The position numbers and the translations under genes were made by a program. DNA of 64,000 bases, from assembly GCF_009914755.1 (NCBI RefSeq), contig NC_060933.1; one strand, written 5' to 3'. Origin of the DNA: the human T2T-CHM13v2.0 reference genome, Homo sapiens. The notes under the pieces are model-generated. The model was not told the DNA's origin and ran no database searches. It saw only the letters and a list, made by a program, of their open reading frames with translations. Positions 13,524-26,604 of this stretch are shown here, piece after piece; position 1 is the first letter of the stretch; every line of letters starts with the position of its first letter.

Positions 13524-14430
13524 TCATCAGAGACTATTACAAACAACTATATGCTCACAAACTAGAGGAAATGAATAAATTCCTGGAAACATATAACCTC
13601 TCAAGATTGAACCAGGAAGAGATAGAAAACCTAGAAAACCTGAAAAGACCAATAACAAGTAGTGAGATTAAATCAGTAATAAAAAATCTTTCAATAAAGA
13701 AAAGTACAGGACCAGATGGATTCACAGCCAAGTTCTACCAAATGTATAAAGAAGAACTAATATCAATCTCCTGAAATTATTTCCAAAGAATCCAGGAGGA
13801 GGGAATTCTCCATAACTCATTTGATGAGGGCAGTATCACCTTGATACTAAAACCAAACAAGGACACAACAAAAAAGAACACTACAGAACTACAGACCAAT
13901 ATCCTTGATGAACACAGATGCAAAAGTCCTCAACAAAATATTAGCAAACTGAATTCAGCACCACATAAAAAAGATAATACACCATGATCAAGTGGGTTTT
14001 ATACCAGGGATGCAAGGATGGTTCAACATATGCAAAATCAATAATTGTGATACATTGCATAAACAGAATAAGGACAAAAACCATATGATGATTTCAATAG
14101 ATGCAGGAAAAAATTTGATAAAATTCAACATCCCTTCATGATAAAAATCTTTAACAAGTAGACTTGGAAAGAACATACCTCAAAATAACAAATGCCATAT
14201 ATGACAAACCCCAAGCTAACAACATACTGAATGGGGAAAAGTTGAAAGCATTTCTACTAAGAACTGGAACAAGACAAAGATGTCCACTTTCACCACTCCT
14301 ATTCAACACAGTACTAGAAGTCCTAGCTAGAGCAATTAGGCAAGAAAAAGAAATAAAAAGCATCCAAGTTGGAAAAGAGGAAGTCAAATTATTCTTGTTT
14401 GCTGATGATATGATCTTATATCTAGAACCC

Positions 14431-16040
14431 AAGAAGTGGCAATGAAAGCACAGAATGTTAACTTAGGTCACAAGGAGGAGTGGCTTTTATTGCTAACCTT
14501 GCAGGGATTCTAAAGCAGGCAGTTTGAGTGTAGGATTTTTAACTTTGTTTTAAGTCAGATTTTTGTTCTTTAATTTAGTAAAGAGAATTTTTAAGGTTAG
14601 CCATGACACTATTACCTGTCTTTTTAAAAATTGATCTTCCCATCAATTGTTTACAATAATAAATCTCTAAAATATATATTTTTTAAATTTAGGAGTCTCA
14701 TTTAAAAGATCCATCTTCTGATCACTGACAATTAGAATTTCCGATGGCATGCTTATTCCAATAGCAGCTAAATCCAATAGCCTCTTCAGAGAAGAAGCAA
14801 TCTCAAAGATCCGCCTCCGTGGCACCCCACCACTCCCAGAAAGAGGCTAAGATAGACAAATTCTCCCAAGAGCTTGGCACATTTGGAACAAAAAGTCTAA
14901 GGTTTCTAGGGATTTTTAGACTGGCTGCCTGACATGACCCAAAAATCATGCCCCCTTCCCCCACTGGGTGGCAGAGACCGAGAGAGTGCTCCCACTTGAT
15001 CACAATTGAAACTCTTGAGGAAATAAGACAAGATGAGAGGGAAACCCCTCTGGTACCTCTCTTTAAGACACAACAACACAGGAAGACAAAGACAAAGGGA
15101 AAAAGATGATTTGGAGGCATAAAGGGATCAAACAATATGACCACAAAATACCAAAAAGTACACCAGAGTCAATACACCAAGATTAGTCACACACAAATCC
15201 TTTTATCCCATTAATGAAAAGTTTTGCAAAGGAAGCTGATTTTTACTATCCACTTGACCAGATTGCACAGAGAGAGAGGTCAGAGCCTGGCTGGTAAGAA
15301 ATTCTTACTCCTCTGCCAGCTGCTCAGGTCCTGGATTCCCTTAACTGTGGCTTCCAGAAGAGCAGAGCTTTGATCATTCTGCTCACAGCATTAGAGTTTC
15401 AGAGCCAATGGAAAAATTCCCTTTTTTCCTTCTGAAGTTTCGCTGAAAAATTAACCCACAAAAGGCAGGTTAATTAGAGAAAAGGCATACACATTTATTT
15501 AATTTAATACACATAAACCTTTAGAATGAAGGCCCAAAGATGCAGGGGAAATTGTCCATTTTTGTGTTTAGGTTTAACAAAGTAGGGACAGCCATGTAAA
15601 ATAGAATTGGACTAAAAAGGTATGATCTACTGCTAATAGACTGAGTGGGAAAACCCAGCAAGGCCTATCTGTCTAGATTTTTCTTGGCCTCTCTGAGTAT
15701 GCATTTTTTTCTTTGGGGTGTGAGGCACGAACCTCTCTGGAATGGGGGTCTTAGGACCTACAGTCAAACAAGGTCAGATTATTTCTTTATGGCCAGTTTT
15801 TACACAGAAAGGCAGAGGGAATGTTAGAGCAATATTTTTATGTTTCATGGCTGGCTTTGGGGAAAAGGCATTCTGGTTTTCATGACCTGCCTTGGGGAAG
15901 AGAGATTCTAGTTTCTATAGTTAGCCTTGGGGGAGAATGGGACTGAGAAATAGGAGGGCAGGACAGAGTTAGAGAAAAACTTTTGCTTTTGAGGCTGTTT
16001 TGAGGGCTTCATTTGGGGTATTGTTTTCTGAGTCCCAACA
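14431..16040 (-). mobile_element. ERV1 (MER4 group) 5' LTR (~15397-16040) plus leader/internal fragment
   Basis: Minus strand begins TGTTGGGACTCAGAAAACAATACCCCAAA (MER34/MER39-type LTR start); degenerate PBS-like atgctgtgagcagaatg after the LTR, then ERV1-like leader. Subfamily uncertain. Confidence 0.65.
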
Positions 16041-17010
16041 CCAGCATTACTTTGATACCAAAATTAAACAGAGGCATTATAAGAAAATTACAGATACATG
16101 TTTATTAGGCCAAAAAATCTCTAATAAAATTTTAGCAATTTGAATCCATCCATAGAGAAAAACTAAAACACATCATGACCATGTGAGGTTTATCCCAGGA
16201 ATGCAAGATTATTTTAATATTTGAAAATCAATGTAATTCACCATATTAATAAGTAAAAGGGGGAGGTGATTAAGTCATGAAGGCAGAGCCTCATGGGTGG
16301 AATTAGAAACCTCATAAAAGGACTTCAGAGAGTAGTTTGTTCTCTTCTGCCTTTCCACCATGTGAAGACACAGGGGTTTGCCCTCCTGTCCCTTCTCCTC
16401 CAGAGGACACAGCATTCAATACTACCTTGGAAGCAGCGACAGCAACCCTCACCAGACACCAAGCCTGCTGGCACCTTGATCTTGGACATCCAGCCTCCAG
16501 ATCTGTGAGAAGTAAATTCTGGTTTTTTAAAAATTACCCAGTCTCAGGTATTTTTTAATACACACATTAATGGACTAAGACAAGACTCAACACTGTCAAG
16601 TTGTCAATTTGTGCTAAATTGATCTATAGACTTAATATGTTCTCAATAAAAGTCCCAACAAGGTTAATGTGGAAATTGACAAGCTGATTCTAAAACATAA
16701 TGAAAGGCAACGGACGTAGAATAACAAAAACCCTTTTGAAAAAATGAATATTACCTGAAATGAAGAGTCAGCATAAAGTTACAATGATAAAGACAGTGTG
16801 TTACTGGCACAGGGATAGACATATAGACCAATAGAACTGAATTGAGAATCCAGATGTATATATCAAGTCAATGGGGGAAAGGTATAGAATAAAGAGGTAT
16901 TCACATAGGAAAAAGCAAATCTCAAATTTTACTTCACATCATACACAAAAAATGACTCTGAATGGAGGGTAGTTCTAAAGGTAAGAGCTAAAGCTATAGT
17001 ACTTCTAGAA

Positions 17011-17245
17011 CAGGGGTTACAATTTTTTTTCTTTAAAGAAACAAATAGTAAATATTGTATGCTTTGCAGGCCAAAAGATCTCTATTGCAGCTACTCAACT
17101 CTGCCATTGTAGCACCAAACAGTCACAGATAATACACAAACAACTGGGTGCAGCTATGTTCCAATAAAGCCTTCTTTACAAAAATAGGTGGTGTTCCAGT
17201 AAAACTTTGTATACCAAACTGGGGGCTGTAGTTTGAAGATCCTCG
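17011..17245 (+). mobile_element. MER58A-like hAT-Charlie MITE
   Basis: CAGGGG terminus, gcagctactcaactctgccattgtagc core, 8-bp TSD TTCTAGAA/TTCTAGGA (17003-17010 / 17246-17253). Confidence 0.85.
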
Positions 17246-17439
17246 TTCTAGGAGAAAGCAAAAAATGAAATATTTTTGACCTTAGGTCAGGCAAAGTTTT
17301 CTTAGATTTAAGACAAACAGCATAAACCATGAAAGAAAATAAATTAACCTTCATCAAATTAACCCTCGTCAAAATGAAAACTTCAACTTTTCAAAAGAAA
17401 ATGAAAAGATAAGTCATAGGCAGGGAGAAACTATTTGGT

Positions 17440-17472
17440 GTATATATATTATATATAAAATATATATAATAT

Positions 17473-17503
<31 letters not shown>
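17440..17503. repeat. (TA)n microsatellite
   Basis: Imperfect then perfect TA run. Confidence 0.95.
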
Positions 17504-17509
17504 AACATT

Positions 17510-18210
17510 TCTGAGACCAAAATTTGTGGAGGAAGAAAAAGGAAAGCTTTATATCCTATAAAAGATTATAACCTGCAGATTGAGAAACAAAGATCCTAGC
17601 CCAAACTAAAAGCATACGTTTCAAAGATGAAGGGGAGAGGCTGGGATTTATGCCTGATAGGGTTGGTGATATATACATATTTCGCAGGTTATAGGAGAAT
17701 CTATGAATATTTATGAGAGGAGCTAAACGCATGCTCAGTGAGTAAACATATATGTTAAATACATTCCATGTTCACTTTGGGGTAGAGATTTAACATTAAA
17801 ATGAAGTAAAATTTGGCTTTTTATGTCAAGAGGTGAAAGACAGGACACAAAGGCATCCCATGCACAGCCTCTGTGGACTGGTCAGAACCAGGCTCTTGTT
17901 GGTGGTCATCTACCAGGAAGGAATGTTTTGTAAGGCTGGTCAGTTGTAAAGGCAAGACCATAATAAGAGAGGGGAGGTCAGCTACGATGTCAAGCGGTCT
18001 GTCAAGGTTGGTGGGGAAATCTTCCAAACATTGTTTCTCAGGAACTGGTTTCTGTTTAATTACAGGAAAGAAAATCTTGCGGCAGTTGGCAAGGTAGGGG
18101 AGTGTTGAGGGGTCACTGACCTCCTGCCTGGCCAAAGCTGTAGAATCTGGTTTTAACATTTTCTGGGTCTCTTTTTGCCACAGGGAGTCCATTTCAAGGG
18201 CTTGACCCAA
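17510..18210 (-). mobile_element. ERV1 LTR (MER4/MER57-group-like)
   Basis: ctatgaatatttatgag...gcatgctcagtga...catgttcactttggggtagagatttaacattaaaatg block typical of MER4-group LTRs; interrupts L1M. Subfamily and ends uncertain. Confidence 0.55.
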
Positions 18211-21200
18211 TATATAAAGAACTCTTACAAGTCATTAATAAGTTTAACAATGCAATTTAAAAAGACTGAAACAGATACTTGACAGAAGAGAATATATACA
18301 TGTACAATATGTACATAAAAAGACACTCAATACCAGCGAAATTCAACTTGAAACTACAATGAAATGCCATTACACACCAGAGTGTCCAAAACTTAAAATA
18401 CTGGCAATGTGAAGTGTTGGAGAGGATGCAGAGTAACAAGAGTGCTCATACACTGCTGGTAGGAATGCAAAACAGGACAGCCACTTTGGAAAACAATTTG
18501 GCTGCTTCTTAGAAAGATAAACATACATTAACATATGACCCATCAATTCCACTTCTAGATAATTACCCAAGAGAAATGAAAACATACGTCCACACAAAGA
18601 CTTTTACATGAATGTTCATAGCAGTGTTCTTCATAGTAGCCCTGTATCAGTTATGTGCAATCAAGAGACAGAAACCACACAGTAATTTTTATACAGAAGT
18701 TGAACATAAAGAATTACTAAACCATGATAAGAGAGTAACTTATCATATAGTTATATGATCCTAGAACTGAAGGAGAATGCTCGAAAAAGGATTAAACTTG
18801 GAAGGGGGGATTCTTCCTAAGCCTAGGATTTGGATCTTTGTTGGAGAAGGGGTGATCACAGCCTGCTGGATGGGGAGGAATTTTGATTGGTTGCCTTGGC
18901 CGGAGCTGGTCCATAGTTCCTGGGCAGCTGACAACAACCCTCTGGGGCACAGGCAAGCTGATGCTGGTGGGCAGATGTGCAGAGGGATCAGGGCATCACT
19001 GTGGGCACAACGCCTAGAACATGCCAGTGTCCATGTCAGGAAGTGCAAGCAGAGGTTTTCACTGGGCCTAGCCAGGGCTGTTTGCTAAGGGAATGAATAC
19101 TCTGAGTCGATGGCTGGGACAAACACCAGTGGATCTCCCTGCCCACCCCCACACACACTGCTGAGACCATATTTCAAGAACAAGAAAGAGCAAAACATAG
19201 CACACCACCATCAGAAAGAGAAGCCCCCTTCCTCCTGCAGTGTCCTTCCAGCATCCTCTGCTCACGAAGTTTAATTAACACCATGTTCACCATGAAAGAT
19301 AAATGCTTATAGAATCTAGGCCATTATTACACAGCAGATATCAGAGGGTGAATCTGAACTGAGAGGTAATAAATTAGTCATTGCCACCATCCACTTCTAT
19401 GGCTACTTATTTTTCATATGTACTCTTTATATACATTTGAACTCCTGTACAACAACAAAAGAACTTCACACTTCTTAACAAAATACAACCATCCTTCTTA
19501 CAAGTGAAGTTCTCATCCTTACCCCAAATGAGAAGACTCATTCTCAAAAGTCATTGTATCCACTGCCAGTTATATTAATTACTCCTCAATTTCATTTAAG
19601 TTCCACTGAATATTCTACTACCTAAAGACTAAAATGCAAAGTTAACTTCCAGCAACTTAAATATTTAAAAAATAGAAGGAGGAGAGTGAAAAAATGGTTA
19701 GTATGTATAAATAAACACATGCATTTAATAAGCAGAGAGAAAATATCCAAAGCTACCACATTTCCATTTCTATAATTGGTCATGAGGTTGTAGCTGATAT
19801 CTATGGCTTCCTTCTTCAATTACCCATTGCATATTTTCCTTTTCCTCGCAAGAAGTGCAACATCTCTGCAATATTTACCTTGTGCAGTGACCCAGGCCTT
19901 TATTCCCAAAGGGCCTGTGTCTTCAATTGTCCTGCCCCTTCTTTTAGTTGCTGTGGTTTTCCATGAACTTCATGACTGGGCATGGATGTATGGAGAGGAG
20001 CCCCCGGAAAATCTCCTGGGTTCCAGACCTGGTTCTCCTTGTCTTTATTGTGCAGGAGTAACCCCATTTCCCCTTCATAACCACCACTTTGTAAAATGAT
20101 CAGAATCAATCACTCTTGTGAGTAGATTCACCCCTTTCTGCCTATTGATTCAGTGGCATAAACAGATCAAAATGGCACAGCGGCGGTCTCATCTTCCAGT
20201 TTAATGGAATCATTATTGTGGCCCCTAATGGAAGCATTCCCTTCTTGTGGACTAAGAGCTCCAACACAGCAAAGTTTAAAATTAGACAGTAAGCAAACAA
20301 TCTGTGAATGATTGTTTTATTTGGCCTGATAGTGGAAGGAGCCACTCCCGTTTCCACCTCTTGATACCCAGATCCATGTGTTCTGGCCATGGAGGTGACA
20401 GGACCATATAACAGTGTCTGATTTACTGCATCCTGCAAAACAGTACCCCTTCCTTTTGGGGTGCTGTTTCCAAACTGGCATTATAAGTGAGTCTTCAACA
20501 AGCCATCCCACATTTCAATTAGAAGAACTGCTTCTGGGTGATGGAGTATTGGCAGGACCAGTTAATTTCATGGGTATGCGCTCACTGCCACATTTTCTTT
20601 GCTATGAAATTAGTTCACTGATCAGACACAATGTTGTGAGGGAGGTCTTGATAGGGAATAAAGTATTCTGTGAGTTTATGGATGGTGGCACTGACATTAT
20701 GGATGAGGAAAGAAAATCTATTCCAGAATATGTGTCTATTCCAGTGAGACCAAATTCTGGCCCTTCATATAAGAGAGGCTTAATGTAATTAACCTACCAC
20801 CAGGTGGCTATGGAGCCTTATCAGGGCTCAATGTTGTTCCTTCTGTTGGCAGATTAAGCACTCAACAGTAGTAGTATCAGCCAGGTCAGTCTTGGTAGGG
20901 AAAGTTTGTGTTGTTGAGTCCATACATTATCTCCACTTGGCCACCATGACAACTTGTTTATGGGCCATTGAGCAAGCACTGAGGTGGTTTGGGAAAGAGG
21001 CTGACTGACATCTACAGAACAAGTTATTTTTTCACTTGGTTAGAAGCCTCCTCTGCAGTGAATGTCCCTTTGGTGGTCATTCACATGGCACACAAATATA
21101 TCTTCACATTCTGTGCCTGATCAAAGAGGTCTGTCCACATACCTTTTCCCTCGATTTCTTTATTGCCAATCCTCCAGTCCTGTTCCTTGCAAGTGCCTGA

Positions 21201-21329
21201 CCACTCAAGCAAACCATTACTTACCATGAATCAGTTTAGATTTGTACTTCCAGCCATCTCTTTCCCCCTCTCATAACCAAAATCACTGCTCAAAGTTCTG
21301 CCTACTGGGACAATTTCCCATCACAATGT

Positions 21330-21739
21330 TGTGTTAGTATGTTCTTGAATCGCTATGAAGGACTACTTGAGGCTGGGTAATTTACAAATTAAAGAAGTTT
21401 AACCATTTCACAGTTCTGCGGGCTGTACAGGAAGCATGGTGCTGGCATCTGCTCTGGTGAGGGCCTCAGGGAGCTTATAATCATGGCGGAAGGTGATGGG
21501 AAGCCAGCATGTCATATGGTGAGAGTGGAAGCAAGAGAGAGAAGGGGGAGGTCCTAGACTGTTTTAAACAACCAGACCTAGTGTGAACTAACTGAGCAAG
21601 AACTCACTTATCACCAAGGGAATGGGGCTAAACCATTCATGAGGAATCCACCCCAATAATCTAATTATCACCCATCTCCGACACTGGGATTCACATTTTG
21701 ACATGAGATTTGGAGGGGACAAACATTCAAAGCCTATCA
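21330..21739 (-). mobile_element. MSTB-like solo LTR nested in the ERV-L
   Basis: tgtgttagt...gaggctgggtaattta...acaggaagcatggtgctggcatctgct...gatttggaggggacaaacattcaaagcctatca. Confidence 0.85.
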
Positions 21740-22522
21740 GCTGTCCTTCATGATCACTCTTTAGTGGGGTGCAAAAATTAATCTGTAGGTAGTAAACCAG
21801 GCTCGAATTCTTCTTTCTTGGTTAACTGGTTGTGAGAAACATTATGGGAGGCTGAAGACATGTGTTAAGGGACAGAAGACAATGCAATAGAAGAAAATGC
21901 ATTTTGAGTCCCTAGAAGTTGAGATTGAAGGAGTCTGAGCCATCTGTTCATGCCACTTACTTGTACTTTCCAGAACTACCTGAGTTGGGTTTCTTATATG
22001 CCATTTCCATTCAATAATAGAATGCTGCCCTGTACACTAAGTCTTATGACTAGGTAGATCAGACAACATCAAATTCATGATGGAAAGTTCAGGTTACATG
22101 GTTACCTTATGTTCCATGGTTAAGTATTCAGTCTCTACGGAGGCCCAGTAGCAAATCAGAAGCACTTTCTCAAAAATGGAATAATAGATTTACTCCAGAA
22201 TCCTTCAGGTCTTCACTGACTCCAGAATCCTAGAGGTCTTCACTGTCTACTGTACTGTTCTACTGGTGCTTGCCAGAGGCTCCACAAAGCAATTCTATTT
22301 GGCACTGATACTTCAACTATCACAGGCTCTGCTGGATCACAGGACCAAGTGGTACAGAAGCTTGCCCTGCAGCCTGAACTTGCTGCAGAGCCTTCTCTTG
22401 TTCTGGGCCCCACTTGAAACTGAAAGATTTTCATGTGATTGTGTAGACAGGTCAAAATAGCACACTTAAATGTGATATTTATCACCTCCCCAAATCCCCA
22501 AAGACCTAACAAATGCAGTGCC

Positions 22523-23012
22523 TATATTAGTCAAAGTTCTCCAGAGAAATAGAACCAATAAAATAGATATGATAGATATATAGATAGACAGACAGATTTA
22601 TTATAAGGAATTGGCTCACACTATTATAGAAGCTGAGCGGTCACATGATTTTCCCTCTGCAAGATGGAGACCCAGGAGAGCTGGTGGTGGAGTTCCAGTT
22701 GAAGTCTGAAGGCCTGAGAACCAGGAGAGTTGATGGTGTATGTTCTAGTTCAAGTCTGTCTGAAGGCAGGAGACCAATGTTCCAACTCAAAGACAGCCAG
22801 AGAGAACAAATTATTTTCTTACCCAGGTTTTTGTTCTATTCAGGCCTCAAATGGATTGGATGTGGCCCACCCACATTGGGAGGGCTATCTGCTTTACTGA
22901 GTCTAACAATTCAAAGGTGAATCTCATCCAGAAACACTGTCATAGACACACTCAGAATAATGTTTAACTAAATATCTGGGTACCCCAGTCAAGTTTACGT
23001 AAAACTATCATG
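22523..23012 (-). mobile_element. MLT2B-like solo LTR nested in the ERV-L RT
   Basis: attagtc...ttctccagagaaatagaaccaata, (GATA)n-like tract, aaggaattggctcac; perfect TSD GTGCC (22518-22522 / 23013-23017). Confidence 0.88.
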
Positions 23013-26000
23013 GTGCCTTATCTCTGTGTGTGTCTGCTAGCTGGTTCAAGGTGCAGCAATTTGTCACATACCAGAGAGAGGATATCCCAGCATGCTTCTG
23101 ACTATTGAATCCCCAGAAATTTATCTGAGGTGACAGGCCCCTCTCACCACCTGAATTTTTGTGGGGTATATCTACCACCCTCTGGTTTACATACATCTTA
23201 CTAAGGCATCTAAAGTACTGCTACTTCTTACTGATTAGATCCATCAGCATAATTTTATCAGTAGAGTGAGCCAGTGTGATATTTCATGGAATGTCAAGAC
23301 AATCAAGATCACTTAGACTGTATTATGGCAGACAGCAGCAGAACTAATGTAGCCTGTGGCAACACCGTAAAGGCATACCATTGGCCCTGTTGGGTAACAG
23401 CAAACCACTTCTGGTGGTCCTCACAAACTGGTATGGAGGAAAAGACATTAGCCAGGTCAATAGCTGCATACCAACTGTCAGAGGCTGTGTTGACCTGCCC
23501 CAATAAAGGCGTTACATCTGAGACAGCAGCTGAAATTGGAATTCCCATCGGTTACATTTATGACAATCCGTGACCACTCTTCAAGGTTCATCTGGCTTCT
23601 GCACAGGCTAAACTGGTAAGTTAAATGGGAGATATTATAGCTATCACCACCTCTGCTTGTTTCAAGGTTTTGATAGTGGCATTTACTTCTGCAGCTCTCC
23701 TAGGAATGCAGCACTGCTTCTGGTTTACTATCCTGGTAGGGAAGTTCCAGGTGCTACCACTTAGCCTTTCCTACTATAGTGATCTTCACTGCATGGGTCA
23801 GAGAACCAATGTGGGAATGTGCCAGTTGCCATGTGTGTCTGTTCCATGTATGTCTGCTCTGTAGTGTGTACCTACTCCCTTTGATCTTGCTGAGATCTGT
23901 CCTGACGTATAGATCTCTCTACATTTAGGAGCTGGGAAACAACTGCAGGGTGGGTCTGTGGACTAATTTGGTCCACTGTTAGTGAGACGTAGGACTCCAT
24001 CTATCATCTAACCACCATAAGCCTCTACTTTGACTTGCTGACCATAATAACATTTTGAAGCCCTAGGAATTAGCACCAATTCAGAGTCAGTTTCCAGCTT
24101 TCCCTAAAAGGTCTGGGCATTTCTTGTTCTCCAATGCACAGTCACTTTAGTAAATGGCCCATAGGCCTCTTTAGGGAAGGCTTGGAGGAAAAGGCATGGT
24201 ATGAACCTGGAGCAACAGTGCAGGGCTGTCTTTTCTCAAAGGAATCAAGTCTCCCCTTCAATAAAGGGCTTCAAGGTCTGTGAACTGACTTAGGAAACTA
24301 AGTTTGGAAACAAGTTTGAAAACTAGGTAAGAGGCCATGACTCTCCACTATGGCCCCTCAAGTCAGGTTTTTGGCTAAAGATCTAGAGTTTTTCCTTTCC
24401 TATGTATCAGGCCACACTCTAGTTGGTGACCCATCTATTTTATTCCTAGGCATACCAAGATCAATGAGCCACCACCAACGGGTTCTGCAGGCCAAAGCAT
24501 TCTGATTATTAGTACATTTCTGCTGCCTTTTTTGATAAATATCCCCATCTTGTTTTTGATGGCTAAGTGCTGTCACATGTCCTCCTCTACTCCAGAATCT
24601 CATCATTCCAATTGAAATCAGGGAGCCCATCTCAATAAGAATTTGCCACAGTCATACCTGGCCTACCACAGTGCACTTTTCCCAACCCAGGTACTCCTCA
24701 CTCTCATGTATTTCCCAATGTCTTAGTGAGGAGGATGTCTTCTGGGCCCTCCTGTGGAACACAGTTCAGGAGAAGGTATGCAGGTCACACACCATAAGAC
24801 CAGTCCAACATTTTCATCTCCCTAAGCCTTTGGATTCCCTCCTTCACATCATGCCAGGGAAGCACTAGCATCTCAGTCTCACCTAATGTAAGCCAGTGTT
24901 AAGCCCACATTTCAGTCACTCAACCAGGCAAGCTGTTAGAGCCACCTCCAGTAAGACAATAAATTCAAACTCTCTAGTAAGTATACCGTTGTCAATGAAC
25001 TCAGGTTATCTGGTGTTATATGCTGTCTTCCATAGTCTAACACCCTTAGAAACAATTTCCACAGATGTTCCCCAAGTTTCTACTGATATATATCAGTGAA
25101 GTCTAGAAAGTATTTTAGTGTTTGGGCTCTGTCCTCCTGGGTCATAGTGTGTACCTATTCCCATAGACCATGCTGAGATCTGACCTGATTTATAGATCTA
25201 GTGGCAACAGGGAATGGCTGTGGTGAGTCTTGAGAAGGATGAGTATCCCTTTTTGAGGCAACTGTCCCAGGTTGAGGGAGGCTCAAAATGAGTTGTGGGT
25301 TCAATATTATTGGTTTCATCTGGGTCCAATCAGATTTCTCTAATCTACCTTTCAAGATCCCATTCTTTCCTGATCAATACCTTAACTTTCAAGTGAGAAA
25401 CATGGCAAGACTGTAAATTTACTGTCATTGTAATTCAGAAACTTGCATAACTAAATTGTGTGTTTGGTTTTCAGCAGTGCTGTAGCTATAAGAAATAAGA
25501 GACTTTTAGGGGCTGTCATGGAAGCTCTCTGGTTGTCAGAGATGGCTTGAATTGAAAGTTAACAGGCCTGAGCTTCTCATTTTCTCTCTGCAAGAGCTCA
25601 GTGTACCCAAAAGAATTCGTCCTACACCACAGCCCTTACAGTTATCATTACTGTCATAATGGTCAGACACAGCAGCCACTTGGCTCACAATCAACCACGG
25701 GGATGCTGCTGGGTTACTAGCCTCCCATTTCCCAGTAGCAAGGAGCTCAGCACTGCATATGAGCGCGAGGGCAGGACCCAACCCATCCTCAGACTCCATG
25801 TTCACAGGTCTATTTCCTGAGACCAGTCTCAGAACCAATTCTATATCAGTTTGGACCAAGCAAACTTTAACAGGCAAACCAGCAGTTGGCCATGACTCAG
25901 GAGAGGAGTCACTGTACAGTAAGCAAGGGAAGTAGAGTATAAAGAATTATTAAACTGTGATTCGGTGAGTACTGTAAAGATGTAAAGAAAGCTCTAACCA

Positions 26001-26604
26001 GTAGCTTAGGGCTGGATAGACGAACTGTGGTACAGGAAAAAAAAATGATATATATGATCTTGCATATGGTATGTACAAGAAAGAACAGGGCCCCTTTTCC
26101 CCAAGAATGGGATTTGGACATTGTTGTTGGAGGTGTGGTTGCAGCTTATTTACTTGATGGCACAGGATTTTGCTGGGTTGCGTGGCCAGCACTGGTTGAC
26201 TGTCCCAGGGCAGCACAAAATAGCCCTCTGAGCTTGCCTGCTCACTGACAGGACAACACACAGCCTCTGGTGCACGGTGTCCATGTTGGGAGGACTGAAG
26301 CAAAGTGGCCTCTAGGCTTGACCCAAGGCAGCACGGTTGGCAAGGGACGACAGACTCTGGGTGCATGGCTGGGGTGCAGTGCCACTGGGTGTAACTAGAG
26401 GAAGTGCAAAAGCAAGAAAAGGCAGAACGCAGCACAGGAGTACCAAGAAGAGCCCCCTTCTTATTGCAATGTTTCTCTAGCGCCCTCTGCTGACAATGCT
26501 TAACATTTTGCTCACTGTAAAAGGGAAATCCAGGCCACTAATATGGAAAAGGTACTCTTAGAGCAAATCCACAGCTATGAGGCAATAAATTGATAACTGG
26601 CACA

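Larger units (their letters stand above)
9420..14430 (+). mobile_element. L1 (L1M/L1PB age) ORF1 and ORF2 endonuclease to RT, 3'-truncated, hosting LTR10, Alu and a retroposed LTR8
   Basis: ORF fragments 13571-13774 ([18 protein letters not shown]...[11 protein letters not shown]) and 14164-14445 ([29 protein letters not shown]...[13 protein letters not shown] active-site motif). Confidence 0.9.
16041..18642 (+). mobile_element. Old L1M ORF2 fragments, interrupted by a MaLR LTR piece (~16260-16582), MER58A, (TA)n and an ERV1 LTR; continues at 26605-26995
   Basis: tttatcccaggaatgcaag, gaaattgacaagctgattctaaaa and ccactttggaaaacaatttggc motifs; the L1 phrase atagtagccc|...|tgccccaaagtagaaacc rejoins across the ERV-L. 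Confidence 0.75.
18643..26604 (-). mobile_element. Near-complete degenerate ERV-L provirus: 5' LTR 25842-26604, gag, pro, RT, RNaseH/IN, dUTPase, PPT, 3' LTR 18643-19388 (LTR41/LTR52-type LTRs)
   Basis: RT ORF 23309-23548 (WYAAIDLANVFSSIPV...QGQWYAFTVLPQ); dUTPase ORF 20142-20438 (GMLPLGATIMIPLNWKMRPPLCHF); gag ORF 24400-24630. Two related LTRs, the 5' one starting TGTGCCAGTTATCAATTTATTGCC on the minus strand; TSD AGCCC/TGCCC (18638-18642 / 26605-26609). Confidence 0.85.
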
